Assembly: GCA_951406725.2 (NCBI GenBank)
Contig: OX597816.1
Coordinates: forward strand, 129,704,001-129,768,000
From: Octopus vulgaris
Lineage: Eukaryota
Direction: 5' to 3'
DNA length: 64,000 nt
Part shown: positions 1 to 11,250 of the stretch, one piece after another
Layout of the letters: each line of letters opens with the position of its first letter
How positions within the stretch are numbered: the first letter of the stretch is position 1
Made by a program: the position numbers and the translations under genes
The notes under the pieces: generated by a model
The model's database searches: none
Seen by the model: the letters and a program-made list of their open reading frames with translations, nothing else
Told to the model about the DNA's origin: nothing

Positions 1-150
1 ATTTGGGAACAGATTAGATCGTCGATTCGATCGACTTCAGCTCTCAGCTAGTACATGTTTTATCGACAAAGACAAAGTCGACCTTCTCGACATTTGAACT
101 CAGAGCTTATAGTCGGAAGAAATGCTGTAAGCATTTTGTCCGGTGTCTCA
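1..150 (-). mobile_element. Decayed copy of the dominant tRNA-derived SINE
   Basis: Resembles the reverse complement of the copy at 55466-55698 (tttgaactcaga B-box, aaagtcgacc, tttatcgac core). Confidence 0.7.
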
Positions 151-342
151 GCATTGTATAATAACTGATTATGTGTACCACTATTTTATTGTGTTATGTC
201 ATTATACAGAGAAAGACAAGAATCAAATTTTAACAAATGAGTTATTTGACGTATTATATTAAGTTAAATGAAAAACTGATATTCATTTGTTGCTAAAATT
301 CGTACAGTAAATTAAAGTTATTCTGCTTCACCTTTCTGAAAG

Positions 343-677
343 GTACCAAGTTATCAACCGTCATTAGAATGATTTTCTCCTCGTTGTTACTTAACTCTAA
401 ACACTATTCCACATGGAGAATCTCCCGTTATTGTTGTAAATTTCAAATTATATATTAAGCAAAAAAATTAATATTAATTTTTATTTTACTCAGTATAGCA
501 TTTAACAAAAATTTGTCACTTAATCTAGATGCTGGAGTTCGCGAATGTCTACGCCATCGATTTTGTGATGTAACTATAGTTGACACTAAGGGATCTGGAT
601 GTAATGGCCTGAGTTCATCTAGATCGAAACTAATGTCAACATCGATGGCTCAATTTAGCTGTTACCAACTGATTTGA
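343..677 (+). CDS. Possible last two coding exons (343-435, 529-677) of an unidentified gene starting left of the window
   Basis: AG at 341-342, GT at 436-437, AG at 527-528. Phases join into an open frame ending ...YAGVRECLRHRFCDVTIVDTKGSGCNGLSSSRSKLMSTSMAQFSCYQLI* (TGA 675-677). No homology recognised. Confidence 0.2.
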
Positions 678-2039
678 ATCAAACAGAAAATGTAAACTGA
701 CAAAGAACTTACCACTTCGATATTTAGCTTCTTTTAACTAATCCCAAAGGCCCTACATTTTTGGTAGGATGACGATTAAAAAAGAAGTGTGATATTTTTA
801 TCATAAACGACGTGAGCGAAGCAAAACGATTTTACCTTTACTTCCTGGTACACTTGTATATTGATAGAGCTGACCTCTAGAATGCTCTAGAGTTATAATG
901 TAGTTAAATTTATCTCTTGATATGGGTAAGAAACTGTGAAATGCTTTATAATTAAAGTGATGATGACGACTGCAAAAATACTTATGTACTACTCGTTTTA
1001 ATTGATGAAAGGGGGGCTTTTGTCAGCAGTATTAGCACTTACGATGAGAATTCCAATTAAAGCGGCTCTACACCGACTTAGTAATTATGCTCAGATGTGT
1101 CTGTGTGTGTATACGTGTATAATGATTAGATACTTTAGCCCATGCGGTGGTTAATTACATCTTTTGTAGTCTTAAAGCAAATATGTTGCTTTAAAAACAC
1201 TTAAATATTAAGGCTTCTATGACGAAAATAAGATGCTTAAGTATTAATCTACTTTGTACTAGTATAGCTATATTTTTAGGAAAATTTAGTTTCATTTACC
1301 GGATTATAGAGGATTAGGTGAGCAAAAAATGACAAGTTACCTCAAAATTCGAAACGATACGTTCGATAACATAACTGACCTTATTTAAGATTCGCAAAGA
1401 TTATTACTATCAACCTCTCATCTTCCTTTTTTTTCTTCTTTTTACTAAGCGTGTTCACACTTAATACTAATATTTATATTCCTTTAGGCTTGTTTCTAAG
1501 TTTCCAGTTTAAAACAAGAAAATTAAAAAAGTGGGATGTCTTTTTCCACATCCATTCAGAGAATGTAAAAAAATGGAAAGTATGGCATTTATGTGTTTCT
1601 TTTGGGAAACAACGTCGTGATTTGGCTTACCGTAACCTGAGCGAATTTTGTGATGTCGCCTTATGTAAATACATATTATTAATTTTTGTTTTGTTATTTA
1701 GAAATCGATGATAGCAGAGAGCGAAGATCTCAATTTAAATTCCTCATTACTTGTACTTACTTATTTTATTGATCCTGGAGAAATAGAAAGCAAAGTCCAC
1801 CTCGGTAAGATCTAAGCTAGGAATCGAGAACAAAACTAGCTAATATTATTTAGTTATATATTGTGTTCTGTTTTTACTTTCATACAGTATTACATCTTTT
1901 TCTCTTCCTATTTAACTCTTTCATTCTTGTAATTGGTCAGAACACAGTAATACCTCGCATGACGAGTTTATTTCGTTCCATGACCGAGCTAAGGGGCCAC
2001 ACACTCTGGCTACACTAGTGCACGTGATCTGCAGCTTCT

Positions 2040-2650
2040 CTTAATGGATTCTGTGCGACTTGAAAGCTCGTGCGTTTTCGGAATGGTAGACAAAGAGCGG
2101 CTTAATAATCAAGTCTCCATTCGCATTGGCACAAAGAGCGAGAGTTACCTATCTTTCATAGGCTTGTGGTCTGACAATTTCTTCTCCTCTGCAGTTATAT
2201 AGGTTCTTCTGCGGATTTTTTTTTTTTTTTCAAAAAAGGCCAGTTTCATCACAGTTGAATACCTGTTGTGCGAAGTACCCCTCGGCTGCGATGAGCTGAC
2301 GGAATTCACGCACGAAATCTTCAGCTACTTCTGTGTCAGAACTCGCTGCTTCTCCATACCTGACGACGCTATGAACACCAGTCTTCTTGAAATTATCAAA
2401 CCAGCCGTGACTGGCCTTAAATGCGTCTGTTGATATCGATGTTCCAGGGTTCTGCTTCAGGAGACCCCCATACAGCGCTCGTGCTTTCTCGCAGATGATG
2501 GTCTCCGTAATCGTATCCCCTGCGAGTTGATCCACGGGAAAAAGCAATTTTTCCATCCTTTCGTAGACAGATGTTTAGAGAGCCTGGAGACACCCTGTGC
2601 TATTGTAACAGCCTCGATCTCATCCTTTTTCTCCAGGATAGCGTAGATCC
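2040..2650 (-). mobile_element. Tigger/pogo-family DNA transposase remnant (CENP-B HTH and start of DDE_1)
   Basis: ORF 2230-2556 has ICEKARALY, FKASHGWFDNFKK, HSVVRYGEAASSD and QQVFNCDETGLF. It is disrupted at the poly-T near 2215-2230. Confidence 0.85.
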
Positions 2651-3156
2651 GTGATTCCCAACGTGGGGCGCATGGTAATATTTTGGTGAGTCATGCGTAG
2701 GATTATGTTGAATTTATACCTTTTGCACACAATGTTTAGTATACCAATAAGAGAAAGGGGGCAATTCGAGAATGAGTTATTAAAAAAAAATTCTTTGCAT
2801 TCCTTCTGTGGACAGTTTTATCAAATTTTTGACACTTTAGTGGACAACAGGTCGTTTTCATCATACTCATAAGATCTGATGTCAGTAAAGAGAGAATAAG
2901 ATTATTTCCTTCGATTTAGTGGTATGTGAAAACATGTAGGTAATTACAAACGCGCGCCTAACCTTAAAACCAGTACAAACGCACGAACAATGTCATAAAT
3001 AACTGACAAACGAAAAATACACCGCCGATAGTTGTTGTTACGGCAGTAATTTTATTCAGCTGAATACACGTCATTGATTGGTTGAAATTACCGAAATACG
3101 AGAACTATAACATGAAATAACTTCGTAAATATAAGTTTTTCTCAAAAATGCTATGA

Positions 3157-3350
3157 GTAAAAGATCCGATGTTTTATATGACACATTCTACCAGTGTCCC
3201 AAGTTTGAAAGTGTTTAGTTACAAGAAATTATTTTTTAAATCTGTAGGTAAAGAGGTAAAGATCCGATGTTTTATATGACACATTCTACCAGTATACGAA
3301 GTTTGAAAGTGTTTAGTTACAAAAAATTATTTTCTAAATCTGTAAAGATC
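3157..3350. repeat. ~95-bp tandem duplication within a non-autonomous repeat
   Basis: taaagatccgatgttttatatgacacattctaccagt...aaatctgta occurs twice in tandem. Confidence 0.85.
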
Positions 3351-4148
3351 CGCCTTTTATCCTTTCCGGGTCAATGTTGACTAGCCTCTTCCCAGCAAAT
3401 TTCAAGCCTTAAACCTATAACAGAAAGGAATATTTCGAATTTTTACGACTGTAACTACAGGAATGAGACTCATTTTTAAATTGAGTTATAAAAACTCTTT
3501 TATGGTACCCAATGACACACGATAGATAAAAAATCTTTAGAAATTTTGAGATAAGAAAATGATTGTGTAAAAAAAAATTGCTTTGAAATATTTGCAGATC
3601 TAAAACTGAGAGGGAAAAAATGCTATTCTTAAGATGATATAGGTTTTGCAGCATCTATTCTGTATATTTTATGAATTTATTTGGAAAAAATTCGTTACAT
3701 CTCTGAGCAATCGATATCACCTTTCACTCTTTCACTCACTCGCCAAACCTCTAACTTGTAATAAAAATGTGTCATCATTACCATTAATATTAATAAGCTC
3801 TCTCTCTCTCTCTCTCTCTCTCTACGCTAGAATAAACTTTTAGTTCAAACGATCTGTATAAAACTGATATACTACAAAGTTTCGCTTGGTTCATGTCTAA
3901 CGAATTCAAAAGTACCCCAAGTTCTGCGTTTATACATATACAAAGCTAACAACTGAGTGAAAATTACATTTTTTAAAACTGGCAGTGTTTAAATAAACCA
4001 TACCGACCTTCAAGAAAAATTCAATATCTTACAGACATAACTCTCAAATTCTTCATTTTTTAATATTATTCTTTCTCATTATATGTATTTATTAGAGACA
4101 CTTTCGAGAGAAATACTAAACTTCCTCTTGAATGAACAGACACTAACC

Positions 4149-4372
4149 TATTTCTCAATTACCCACAAGGGGCTAAACACAGAGGAGAGAAACAAGGACA
4201 GACAAACGGATTAAGTCGATTATATCGATCCCAGTGCGTAACTAGTACTTATTTAATCGACCCCGAAAGGATGAAAGGCAAAGTCGACCTTGGTGGAATT
4301 TGAACTCAGAACGCAGCGGCAGACGAAATACCGCTAGGCATTTCGCCCGGCGTGCTAACGACTCTGCCAGCT
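4149..4372 (-). mobile_element. Young tRNA-derived SINE, tail type A
   Basis: Near-identical to the reverse complement of 55466-55698. Ends ...tttagccccttgtgggtaattgagaaata. Confidence 0.85.
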
Positions 4373-4514
4373 TTATATCCGGTAACCATTAATATTGAAG
4401 GAACACGAACCTGCATTGTAGAGATTCACATGCTCCAATCAGAATGCGCTCGGCTCTGTCATATTCACTAACAATGGTTACCTTCTTGAATGAACAGACA
4501 CTAACCATTGAAAA

Positions 4515-4913
4515 TTGGGAAAGACTTCCTACTCCCCCGCCCCCATTTTCTCGCAAATTATTAAAAAATTTATTTATTGTTTTGCCAAAACACACGTTTT
4601 CGGATACGGAGATTCCGGAAAATTGCAAAAAAATGGAACTTTGAAATTTTTTGCCCCCACCCATCATTCCTTCCTCTCCCCCATTCTTCATTTTTCACTT
4701 TTTTCCGTAAACCTAACCCTAAAACCCCAACCGTAACCCTAAGTCGAAAAATTTTTTGAAATTTTTTTCAGAATCTCTGTATTTTCCCGCATATTTTGAA
4801 AGAAAAAAAAAATGTGAAAAAAGTTGAAAATGAAGAATTGGTGGGGTGGGCTAATTTTAAAATGCCGATTTTTGCTAATTTTTTTGGCAGATTTTTTTTT
4901 AGTTCTTTCCCAG
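4515..4913. mobile_element. MITE-like foldback element
   Basis: Ends ttgggaaagac / gttctttcccag. Internal inverted segments (ttcttcatttttcacttttttc vs gaaaaaagttgaaaatgaagaa). Central degenerate (taaccc) units. Confidence 0.5.
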
Positions 4914-5550
4914 TGAGTACGATGTAAATTTTATTTGGGTGTTGTAATAATTAAACGTATATTCAGGATTTTATCTCATTGCTTATGCGAACGACTATGT
5001 TCATTCTATTCTTTTATTTCAATCACTGGAAAGTCATAATGCTTAGATACCCCAAGACTTTTCATCTATTATATCGACTCTGTAATTTATTTTAGAGAAG
5101 GGGTGGGGCAGAACGAGTTATTTTCTTGTTACCTGTTTGAAACCAATACATTGCAAGTATTGTATCATCATTTTGTGCTGTTGCATCACCTTCGGGAGTA
5201 AAAATTAATCAGCATTGTTGTTGAAGTTGAGAGAGTTTGAAACATAGTCAGTTGATAGGTACTTTATTCTAGAAATTTTTCCTCAACTTTCATCCGATTG
5301 TAGTTGAGGTTGCCAATAAAATATCTAGATAATTTCTGGTGTTTAACAATCAATATTCTTTTCTCTGCTGGATTCCAAGTCAATTTTTTCACGAACTAAT
5401 GTCTACTTAGATCATTTTCAATTTTCAAAAGATGATGTCTAAAATGGAACAAATGAGGAATGACTATTTTCAATAATTTCTGTTCATTAACTGCATGTTG
5501 TGTAAATATAAGAAAAGAGTCATTGCTGCAGATCGTGAAGAAGTACAGAG

Positions 5551-5717
5551 CAGTGCTCCGCAACAGGTATGTCGCGGCACACTGGTGTACCATGAGACGA
5601 TGCTAGGTGTGCCGCAGTGTAACCTGAATATAATTTTTCTCCCTATGCCTTTAGTTATATTTTTAATTCAGGTGTGCTGCCGAATTTTAAAAAGAAGTGT
5701 ACCGCAAGTGAAAAAGG
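5551..5717. mobile_element. hAT/Charlie-like non-autonomous element, apparently interrupted by the Tx1 LINE
   Basis: Starts cagtgctccgcaac, has repeated gtgtgccgc-like subterminal motifs and runs into aaaaaggtt at the LINE junction. Confidence 0.45.
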
Positions 5718-5765
5718 TTTTTAGAAAACCTACCCGATAGAATTTTCAATGAAGACGGTACATCA

Positions 5766-6518
5766 ATGAGAGTTTCAGTAGAGGGACGTAGACCCAGATG
5801 TTTTAAGTGTGGAGAGAAGGGTCACGTCCGATCGAACTGTATAAAAAAGAAAAAAACAGATGAAGCGCCTCCTCAAAGTGTTCCCAACACTGAAGGGGAG
5901 AAGACAGGAAAAGATAATAACAAGACGAAGACAAGTATTGAAACCAAAACGGACTGCACCGAACAGATGGACTACACTCAAGTCACACATAAAAGAAAAA
6001 AAGACACCCCGGACTCCCCTCCCCAAACAAAGAAAAAAACAGCAAGCACAGCAGACACACACACCAAGCAAATCCCCCAGCCCTACCCCCATGGCACTGT
6101 TTTCATTGGGAAACAGTTTGCCAAGCCCCTCCCCATAAAACAAGACGTAAAAAAGTTGTTAAAAAAAAATGAGAAGATAATTGCTTTCGATGAGAAAAAC
6201 GAAAGAGTTTATAAGTGTTGTAAATTTTCAAGATTTGTGTTGTATAGTAGGGCTACAGATGTAAAAGCAACCGCTCGCTTCGCGAAAGTAGGGGAGGACG
6301 AGTGGAAGGAGGAAGTTCTTCAAGAGCATTTAAAGAACCGACTGATCAGAGACGTGACTAAAGAAGTAATGGAGGGCAAACTTGTAATAACCCCGGCAAC
6401 CACACCCACCCAGAGCCCGGTGGCAACGCCGGTCAAGAGCCCTGCAGCAGCAACTACAAGGGAGGAAGAAGGGGAAGCAGGCAGATTTAAACTGTCATGC
6501 TCCCTTTCCCAACCGTGA
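5766..6518 (+). CDS. LINE ORF1 (gag-like), N-terminally truncated, with CCHC zinc knuckle
   Basis: VEGRRPRCFKCGEKGHVRSNC (CX2CX4HX4C). The frame stays open upstream (LENLPDRIFNEDGTS) back to about 5721. Confidence 0.8.
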   Translation: MRVSVEGRRPRCFKCGEKGHVRSNCIKKKKTDEAPPQSVPNTEGEKTGKDNNKTKTSIETKTDCTEQMDYTQVTHKRKKDTPDSPPQTKKKTASTADTHTKQIPQPYPHGTVFIGKQFAKPLPIKQDVKKLLKKNEKIIAFDEKNERVYKCCKFSRFVLYSRATDVKATARFAKVGEDEWKEEVLQEHLKNRLIRDVTKEVMEGKLVITPATTPTQSPVATPVKSPAAATTREEEGEAGRFKLSCSLSQP

Positions 6519-6545
6519 GTACATTTATTTTCTCTCTCACCTACA

Positions 6546-9500
6546 ATGGCTAAGTTGGGTTGTATAAATGTACGTGGAATGGGGTCGAAATGGAAGCAAA
6601 TTTGCTTCCTGCACGACCTCACGACACATAGTGTTGACATAGCTATTGCAACCGAGTCCAAGATGAACGGGGCCCAAGCGTTCTCGCCTCTTCTAAATGG
6701 CTTCGAGAAATTTATTTCTCCCAGCCGAGGAAGAGGCAGAGGCGTGGCAGTCCTTATCAGGAAGAGCTTGGACTTGCAGGTAAGTACTGTCTTTCTGGAC
6801 CCAGAAGGCAGGCTGGTTGTTCTGGATGTGACACACGTAAGTAAACAGTCCTTCAGGTTGGTAGCTGTCTACGCTCCGAACGAGAGTAGACAGGCAGGTT
6901 TTTTTCGGAACCTGGAGCCCTTTTTAGCGACGTCGAAAACGGTAATCCTAGTAGGGGACTTTAACACTGTCCTTGAAGCGCGGGTCGACAGTGTTGGCTC
7001 AACCAATAGGAAGGGGAACCCTAGCCTCAAGGGTCTACTAGAGAGCTTTGATCTAGTAGACCGTTACCGACTGGATGAGCCGAGCGTTCCACAGTGGACG
7101 TGGAGTAACAGCGACGGCTCACGCAGATCGTATTTAGATAGGATATTTATTAAGAAAAGAGATAAGGACACGTTTAGTTGTCCACAGTTCCACATTGTGC
7201 CTTACACGGATCACAAATTTGTGACGTGTGAGATGCAGTTGGACAAGTGTCATAGACAGGGACCCGGGTACTGGAAGGTGAACAAGGCTATTTTGAATTG
7301 TGAAGACTTCCGTACCCGGATTAAGGTATTAGTACAGAGGGCATTGTGTGGCGCCATCATTAACAATAGATGGTGGCACTCCCTCAAAAGAGCCATTCGT
7401 TCAGAGTCCGTTAGATTTAGCAATCAGCTAAGGATAGATAGGGCTAGTCTAGAGGGCGATTTAGTTAAGAATCTAGACGAGGCAATGGAAGCGGGCTCTG
7501 CATCCGGAGTGTTGGCGGCAAGGACGGTATTGTACCGTCACCTTAACTCCAAACACGAAGGTTGCAGAGTCAGAGCTAAGCTACGCGCTGGGAAACGAGA
7601 AGGTATTAACGTGGCCGGATGGGCCCGTCGTGTGGAGAGTCAGAGAGGCAACAGAGCCTCAATCAAATCTTTAACTGACGAACAGGGACAAAAGATCTAT
7701 GGACAGGAGGAGATGCAAAAGTTTCTTCACCAGCATTTCGCCCGCGTGTTCGGGGGTGGTGCGGCGCCGGAGAGGGGAAGGACCTTAAAGGACTTCCTGG
7801 CCGGCGGACCGCGGCTCTCGGGGCGTGAGGTGGAGTGCTGTGAAGGAGCGATCACTCCCGCGGAGATAGAGGAGATACTGGCCGGATGCGCCGGGGAGAA
7901 GTCGCCGGGGTTGGATGGTCTGCCCTACGAGTTTTACCAAAGTATGCCGGACTTGTTCGGGGGAATATTGGCTGGCGTCTACACGAACTGGCAGCAGAAT
8001 GGGAGAATTCCCAGCTCTGTAAGCCGGGGAGTGGTGACGCTAATCCAGAAAGACCCGAGCAAGGGGGATAACATTAGTAACTACAGGCCCATAACTCTAC
8101 TCAATGTAGAGTTAAAGATTTTGGCCAAGGTGCTGGCAAAAAGGTTGACGGTTGTCGTGGAGAAACTTGTAGGGAGAGCACAGACATGTGCAATTCCAGG
8201 CAGGTCGATCCAGGACAATCTTCACCTTATACGCTACACCTTAGACAGGGTGGGTAAATTAACCGGTAAGGGAGGGGTAATGGTCCATTTAGACCAAAGT
8301 AAAGCCTTCGATAGGGTAGACCATGAGTACCTGGCGACGGTCCTCGAAGCGGCTGGACTGGGCCCTGAATTTCGCGGGTGGATCTCCGCTATGTATAGCG
8401 GCATCAAGTCCACCGTCCAGATAAACGGTTACCTAACGGAACCGTTTTCGATTGAATGTTCAGTTCGTCAAGGGTGCCCCTTGTCACCACTTTTGTACGT
8501 GTTGGCTCTTGAGCCATTGCTGCGAAAGTTGGAGAGGCTGGGAAGCAACTCGGATGAGATCGGAGGTGGGAGGTCGGTTACTGCTTACGCGGATGACGTC
8601 ACCCTCATCGTGTCCAATGAGGCCCAGCTACCTTGTGTGGAAGAGGCTATCAGAGGATACGAGGCGGTAGCAGGAGCAAAGGTTAACAAGGACAAGTCGG
8701 TTGGCTTGTGCCTCGGCACCTGGAGGAGCAAGTCGATATCGTCCAGCGTCGTGGGACACTGGACGGATGGCCCTGTTAAGTTGCTAGGAGTCTGGTTTGG
8801 GCCAGACTCCCAAACGGAGAGGAACTGGAGTGAGGTGACGAGCAAGGTGGAGGCCATAGTACGGACCTGGTCCGGAAGGTCTCTGTCCTTGAAAGGAAGG
8901 GCGGAGGTGGTGCAGATGTTCATTGCATCTGTAATCACGTACCGCCTGACCGTTGTCCCTTGCCCCGGTTCATGGCTTAACAAGTTGGAGCGAATCCTTT
9001 TCCGCTTTTTGTGGAAGGGAGGAAAGCCACTTGTGAGGCGCTCCGTTTGCTGCCAGGAACCGTTAAAGGGTGGGTTAGGAATGCCTTGGCTGATGATGCG
9101 CAGACATGCGTTGAGACTGAAGCATCTCTGGCACCACCTGGAGGGTGATAAGGTGTGGAGTCCGCTGGCAGGGAAATTTTTCCCGAGACTGGCCTCCTTA
9201 ACGGATTTTAAACCCGGTCGCATCAAAAGATGGAAACTGACTTTGTGGCAAAGGGAGTGCCGACAGGCACTCACGCTGATCCACAAGGCGGGCAAGGCCG
9301 GCTGCGGAAATACCACCTCGGTATTTTATAGAAGGCTGGTAGAGGAAAAAAACGACGACGTCCTAGGAGGGGCTCTGGGGTTTGACGAAGACCAGCTTAC
9401 CAACCTGTTTAAAAAGACTTTAAGGACGGGGTACTTGGATAATTACCAAAGATCCCTGGCCTGGCGGTGTTATAGGAACGCTCTACCTGTTCGCGAGAAG

Positions 9501-9935
9501 TTATCGCGGCACGGAATTCCAGTGCCACCGACGTGCCCAAGGTGCGAGTTGGACGATGAAACCGTCCAGCACGCCTTTGTACACTGCCGGAAGTTGTCAG
9601 ACTTGATAAGTTACGCAGAACACGTGTTATCGCATCTAGGACGAGTACAGCTGTCGGCTGAGTCTATGATTAAGATGATACCGCCAACTGGACTCTCGAA
9701 GGAAGGTGAGGCATGTTTTCACTGTACGGTTGCAGTAGTAAAAGAATGCATGTGGAGAACAAGAATGGAAGGAGCCGCGATAGGAACCTTTGTCTCCGGC
9801 CCCGGCTTGCTCACTTACTTCAGATATCATCTGAAGAGCAAAATGGGGCTGGAGAAGAGGAGATTACCACGGGGTGTGTATGAGAAAAGATGGAAGGAAG
9901 TGGAAAGAAAGGTGGGTGTTAGAAACCCAGCTTAA
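6546..9935 (+). CDS. LINE ORF2: APE endonuclease + reverse transcriptase + C-terminal CCHC (zf-RVT)
   Basis: 1129 aa uninterrupted. INVRG, GDFN, YLDRIF, TDH (APE); SPGLDG, NYRPITLLN, KAFDRV, QGCPLSP, YADD (RT); CPRC...HAFVHC. Confidence 0.95.
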   Translation: MAKLGCINVRGMGSKWKQICFLHDLTTHSVDIAIATESKMNGAQAFSPLLNGFEKFISPSRGRGRGVAVLIRKSLDLQVSTVFLDPEGRLVVLDVTHVSKQSFRLVAVYAPNESRQAGFFRNLEPFLATSKTVILVGDFNTVLEARVDSVGSTNRKGNPSLKGLLESFDLVDRYRLDEPSVPQWTWSNSDGSRRSYLDRIFIKKRDKDTFSCPQFHIVPYTDHKFVTCEMQLDKCHRQGPGYWKVNKAILNCEDFRTRIKVLVQRALCGAIINNRWWHSLKRAIRSESVRFSNQLRIDRASLEGDLVKNLDEAMEAGSASGVLAARTVLYRHLNSKHEGCRVRAKLRAGKREGINVAGWARRVESQRGNRASIKSLTDEQGQKIYGQEEMQKFLHQHFARVFGGGAAPERGRTLKDFLAGGPRLSGREVECCEGAITPAEIEEILAGCAGEKSPGLDGLPYEFYQSMPDLFGGILAGVYTNWQQNGRIPSSVSRGVVTLIQKDPSKGDNISNYRPITLLNVELKILAKVLAKRLTVVVEKLVGRAQTCAIPGRSIQDNLHLIRYTLDRVGKLTGKGGVMVHLDQSKAFDRVDHEYLATVLEAAGLGPEFRGWISAMYSGIKSTVQINGYLTEPFSIECSVRQGCPLSPLLYVLALEPLLRKLERLGSNSDEIGGGRSVTAYADDVTLIVSNEAQLPCVEEAIRGYEAVAGAKVNKDKSVGLCLGTWRSKSISSSVVGHWTDGPVKLLGVWFGPDSQTERNWSEVTSKVEAIVRTWSGRSLSLKGRAEVVQMFIASVITYRLTVVPCPGSWLNKLERILFRFLWKGGKPLVRRSVCCQEPLKGGLGMPWLMMRRHALRLKHLWHHLEGDKVWSPLAGKFFPRLASLTDFKPGRIKRWKLTLWQRECRQALTLIHKAGKAGCGNTTSVFYRRLVEEKNDDVLGGALGFDEDQLTNLFKKTLRTGYLDNYQRSLAWRCYRNALPVREKLSRHGIPVPPTCPRCELDDETVQHAFVHCRKLSDLISYAEHVLSHLGRVQLSAESMIKMIPPTGLSKEGEACFHCTVAVVKECMWRTRMEGAAIGTFVSGPGLLTYFRYHLKSKMGLEKRRLPRGVYEKRWKEVERKVGVRNPA

Positions 9936-10579
9936 CTATGGAGGGAGGAGAGGAAATAAAAGCTGCGGGGCTTGTAAATTGCCGGGGTTTGAACTGTGAT
10001 AAGATGCTACTGGTTATATAAAGGAAAATTTAAAAACGAATTTTTAATACAAATGTTAATTTAAAAAAAAAAAAAAAAAAAAAATTTTTAAATAGCGAAC
10101 CTCTTAATTATTTGTTTTGCATGTTTGTTATGTATTTGTAATTCTATGTATAAGATTATATAATCTTAATAAAGAAATCACCTGTCTTCTTTTCTTTATC
10201 TCTGCCGTCTCAGCCAACTCAAACCACCTCCGCTTCAATTCACCTGGTACACCCTAAGACCAGACTTGTTTAGTTTTTGTTCCATCCCAGCCCCCGTCAT
10301 ATCTGCTGTCTCAGCTCACTCAAAACCCACACTAAATATGTTGTTCACTATCTTTCAATATATCCAAAACTGCGACCACCCGGAACTTTCTTTCTGCCCA
10401 TAGAAGGTCAAAATGCACTGTAACTGCGCCGACTTCCTAGTTTAGGTGTTAGCAAAGATCATGGGTACCAAGGAGTGTTACCAAAGATCATGGGTACCAC
10501 TTTTCCTTCTCTAAATGCCAATAATATTTCTTAACATAGGTACAAAAATCACAAACTTTAGCAAATGTAGTCAATATAT

Positions 10580-10795
10580 TGGTATCAAATTTTGGCACAA
10601 AGCCAGCAATTTCAGGGGAGGGGTAAGTCAATTATATCGATTCCCAGCACTCAATTGGTACTTATTTTATCGGCCCCAGAAAGGATATAAGGCAAAATTA
10701 ACCTCAGTTGATTTTAAACTCAAAACGCTAAGACAGACGAAATGTTGCAAAACATTTTGTCCGGCATGATAACGATTCTGCTAGCTCGCCGCCTT
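10580..10795 (-). mobile_element. tRNA-derived SINE, tail type B
   Basis: Head ggcggcgagctagcagaatcg and tail tttgtgccaaaatttgatacc on the minus strand. Degenerate TSD gtagtcaatatattg / gttgtcggtatattg. Confidence 0.8.
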
Positions 10796-11103
10796 GACGT
10801 TGTCGGTATATTGACACCAGAACTTGATTAGGAATTTAATTTCACCAAATATTTGCTCACATTTCTCTAAATGCATATATGAATGTTTGAGCCTTGTACT
10901 GAAAGAAAATGAGACACTAAACAATTATACCCACCACCCTCACTGCGTACACCGATGGGCTGAACTGCTCCACAGTACTTTTTATTTTTATTTATTTATT
11001 TATTTTTTGACGGGCTGGGTTGTCTTGGTTATGGATACAACAGTGTGGATATTATTATACAAGCCCTAAATCTTTTGGTGTGCAGTCTGCTGCCCTATCT
11101 ACC

Positions 11104-11250
11104 CACTAGCGTAGTTAGAGTGTGTGCTGCCCGGAGCGGCCCTTCCGTTCGCCGCCCCCTGTCCCCACAAAAAACATTGCCTACAGCAGACCCAAAAGTG
11201 CCAAGCAGGACAGGCTGCCCCTACCGACCCCCACTCTAGCTGTGCTACAA
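11104..11250. mobile_element. Short GC-rich hAT-like MITE
   Basis: Imperfect TIRs tagcgtagttagagtg / cactctagctgtgcta. Confidence 0.4.

Larger units (their letters stand above)
5718..10179 (+). mobile_element. Tx1/L1-clade non-LTR retrotransposon, 5'-truncated, young
   Basis: ORF1 C-terminal part, a 27-bp spacer, an intact ORF2, and a 3' UTR ending in palindrome taagattatataatctta followed by ataaagaaat. Much higher GC than the flanks. Confidence 0.92.

Noticed and set aside
4710-4742. Telomere or interstitial telomeric repeat (also ~61845-61870)
   Set aside because: Only a few degenerate TAACCC units embedded in other repeats.
8585-9316. 243-aa antisense ORF (and other ORFs overlapping the LINEs)
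   Set aside because: Shadow frames of GC-rich LINE coding sequence with no motifs.
10063-10084. Poly(A) run as the definite LINE 3' end
   Set aside because: No TSD follows it, and a terminal hairpin plus taaagaaat lies downstream, so it is treated as probably internal.
10447-10500. Short tandem duplications (also ~10200-10330, 30938-30996, 62578-62620)
   Set aside because: Two-copy slippage duplications with no array structure.
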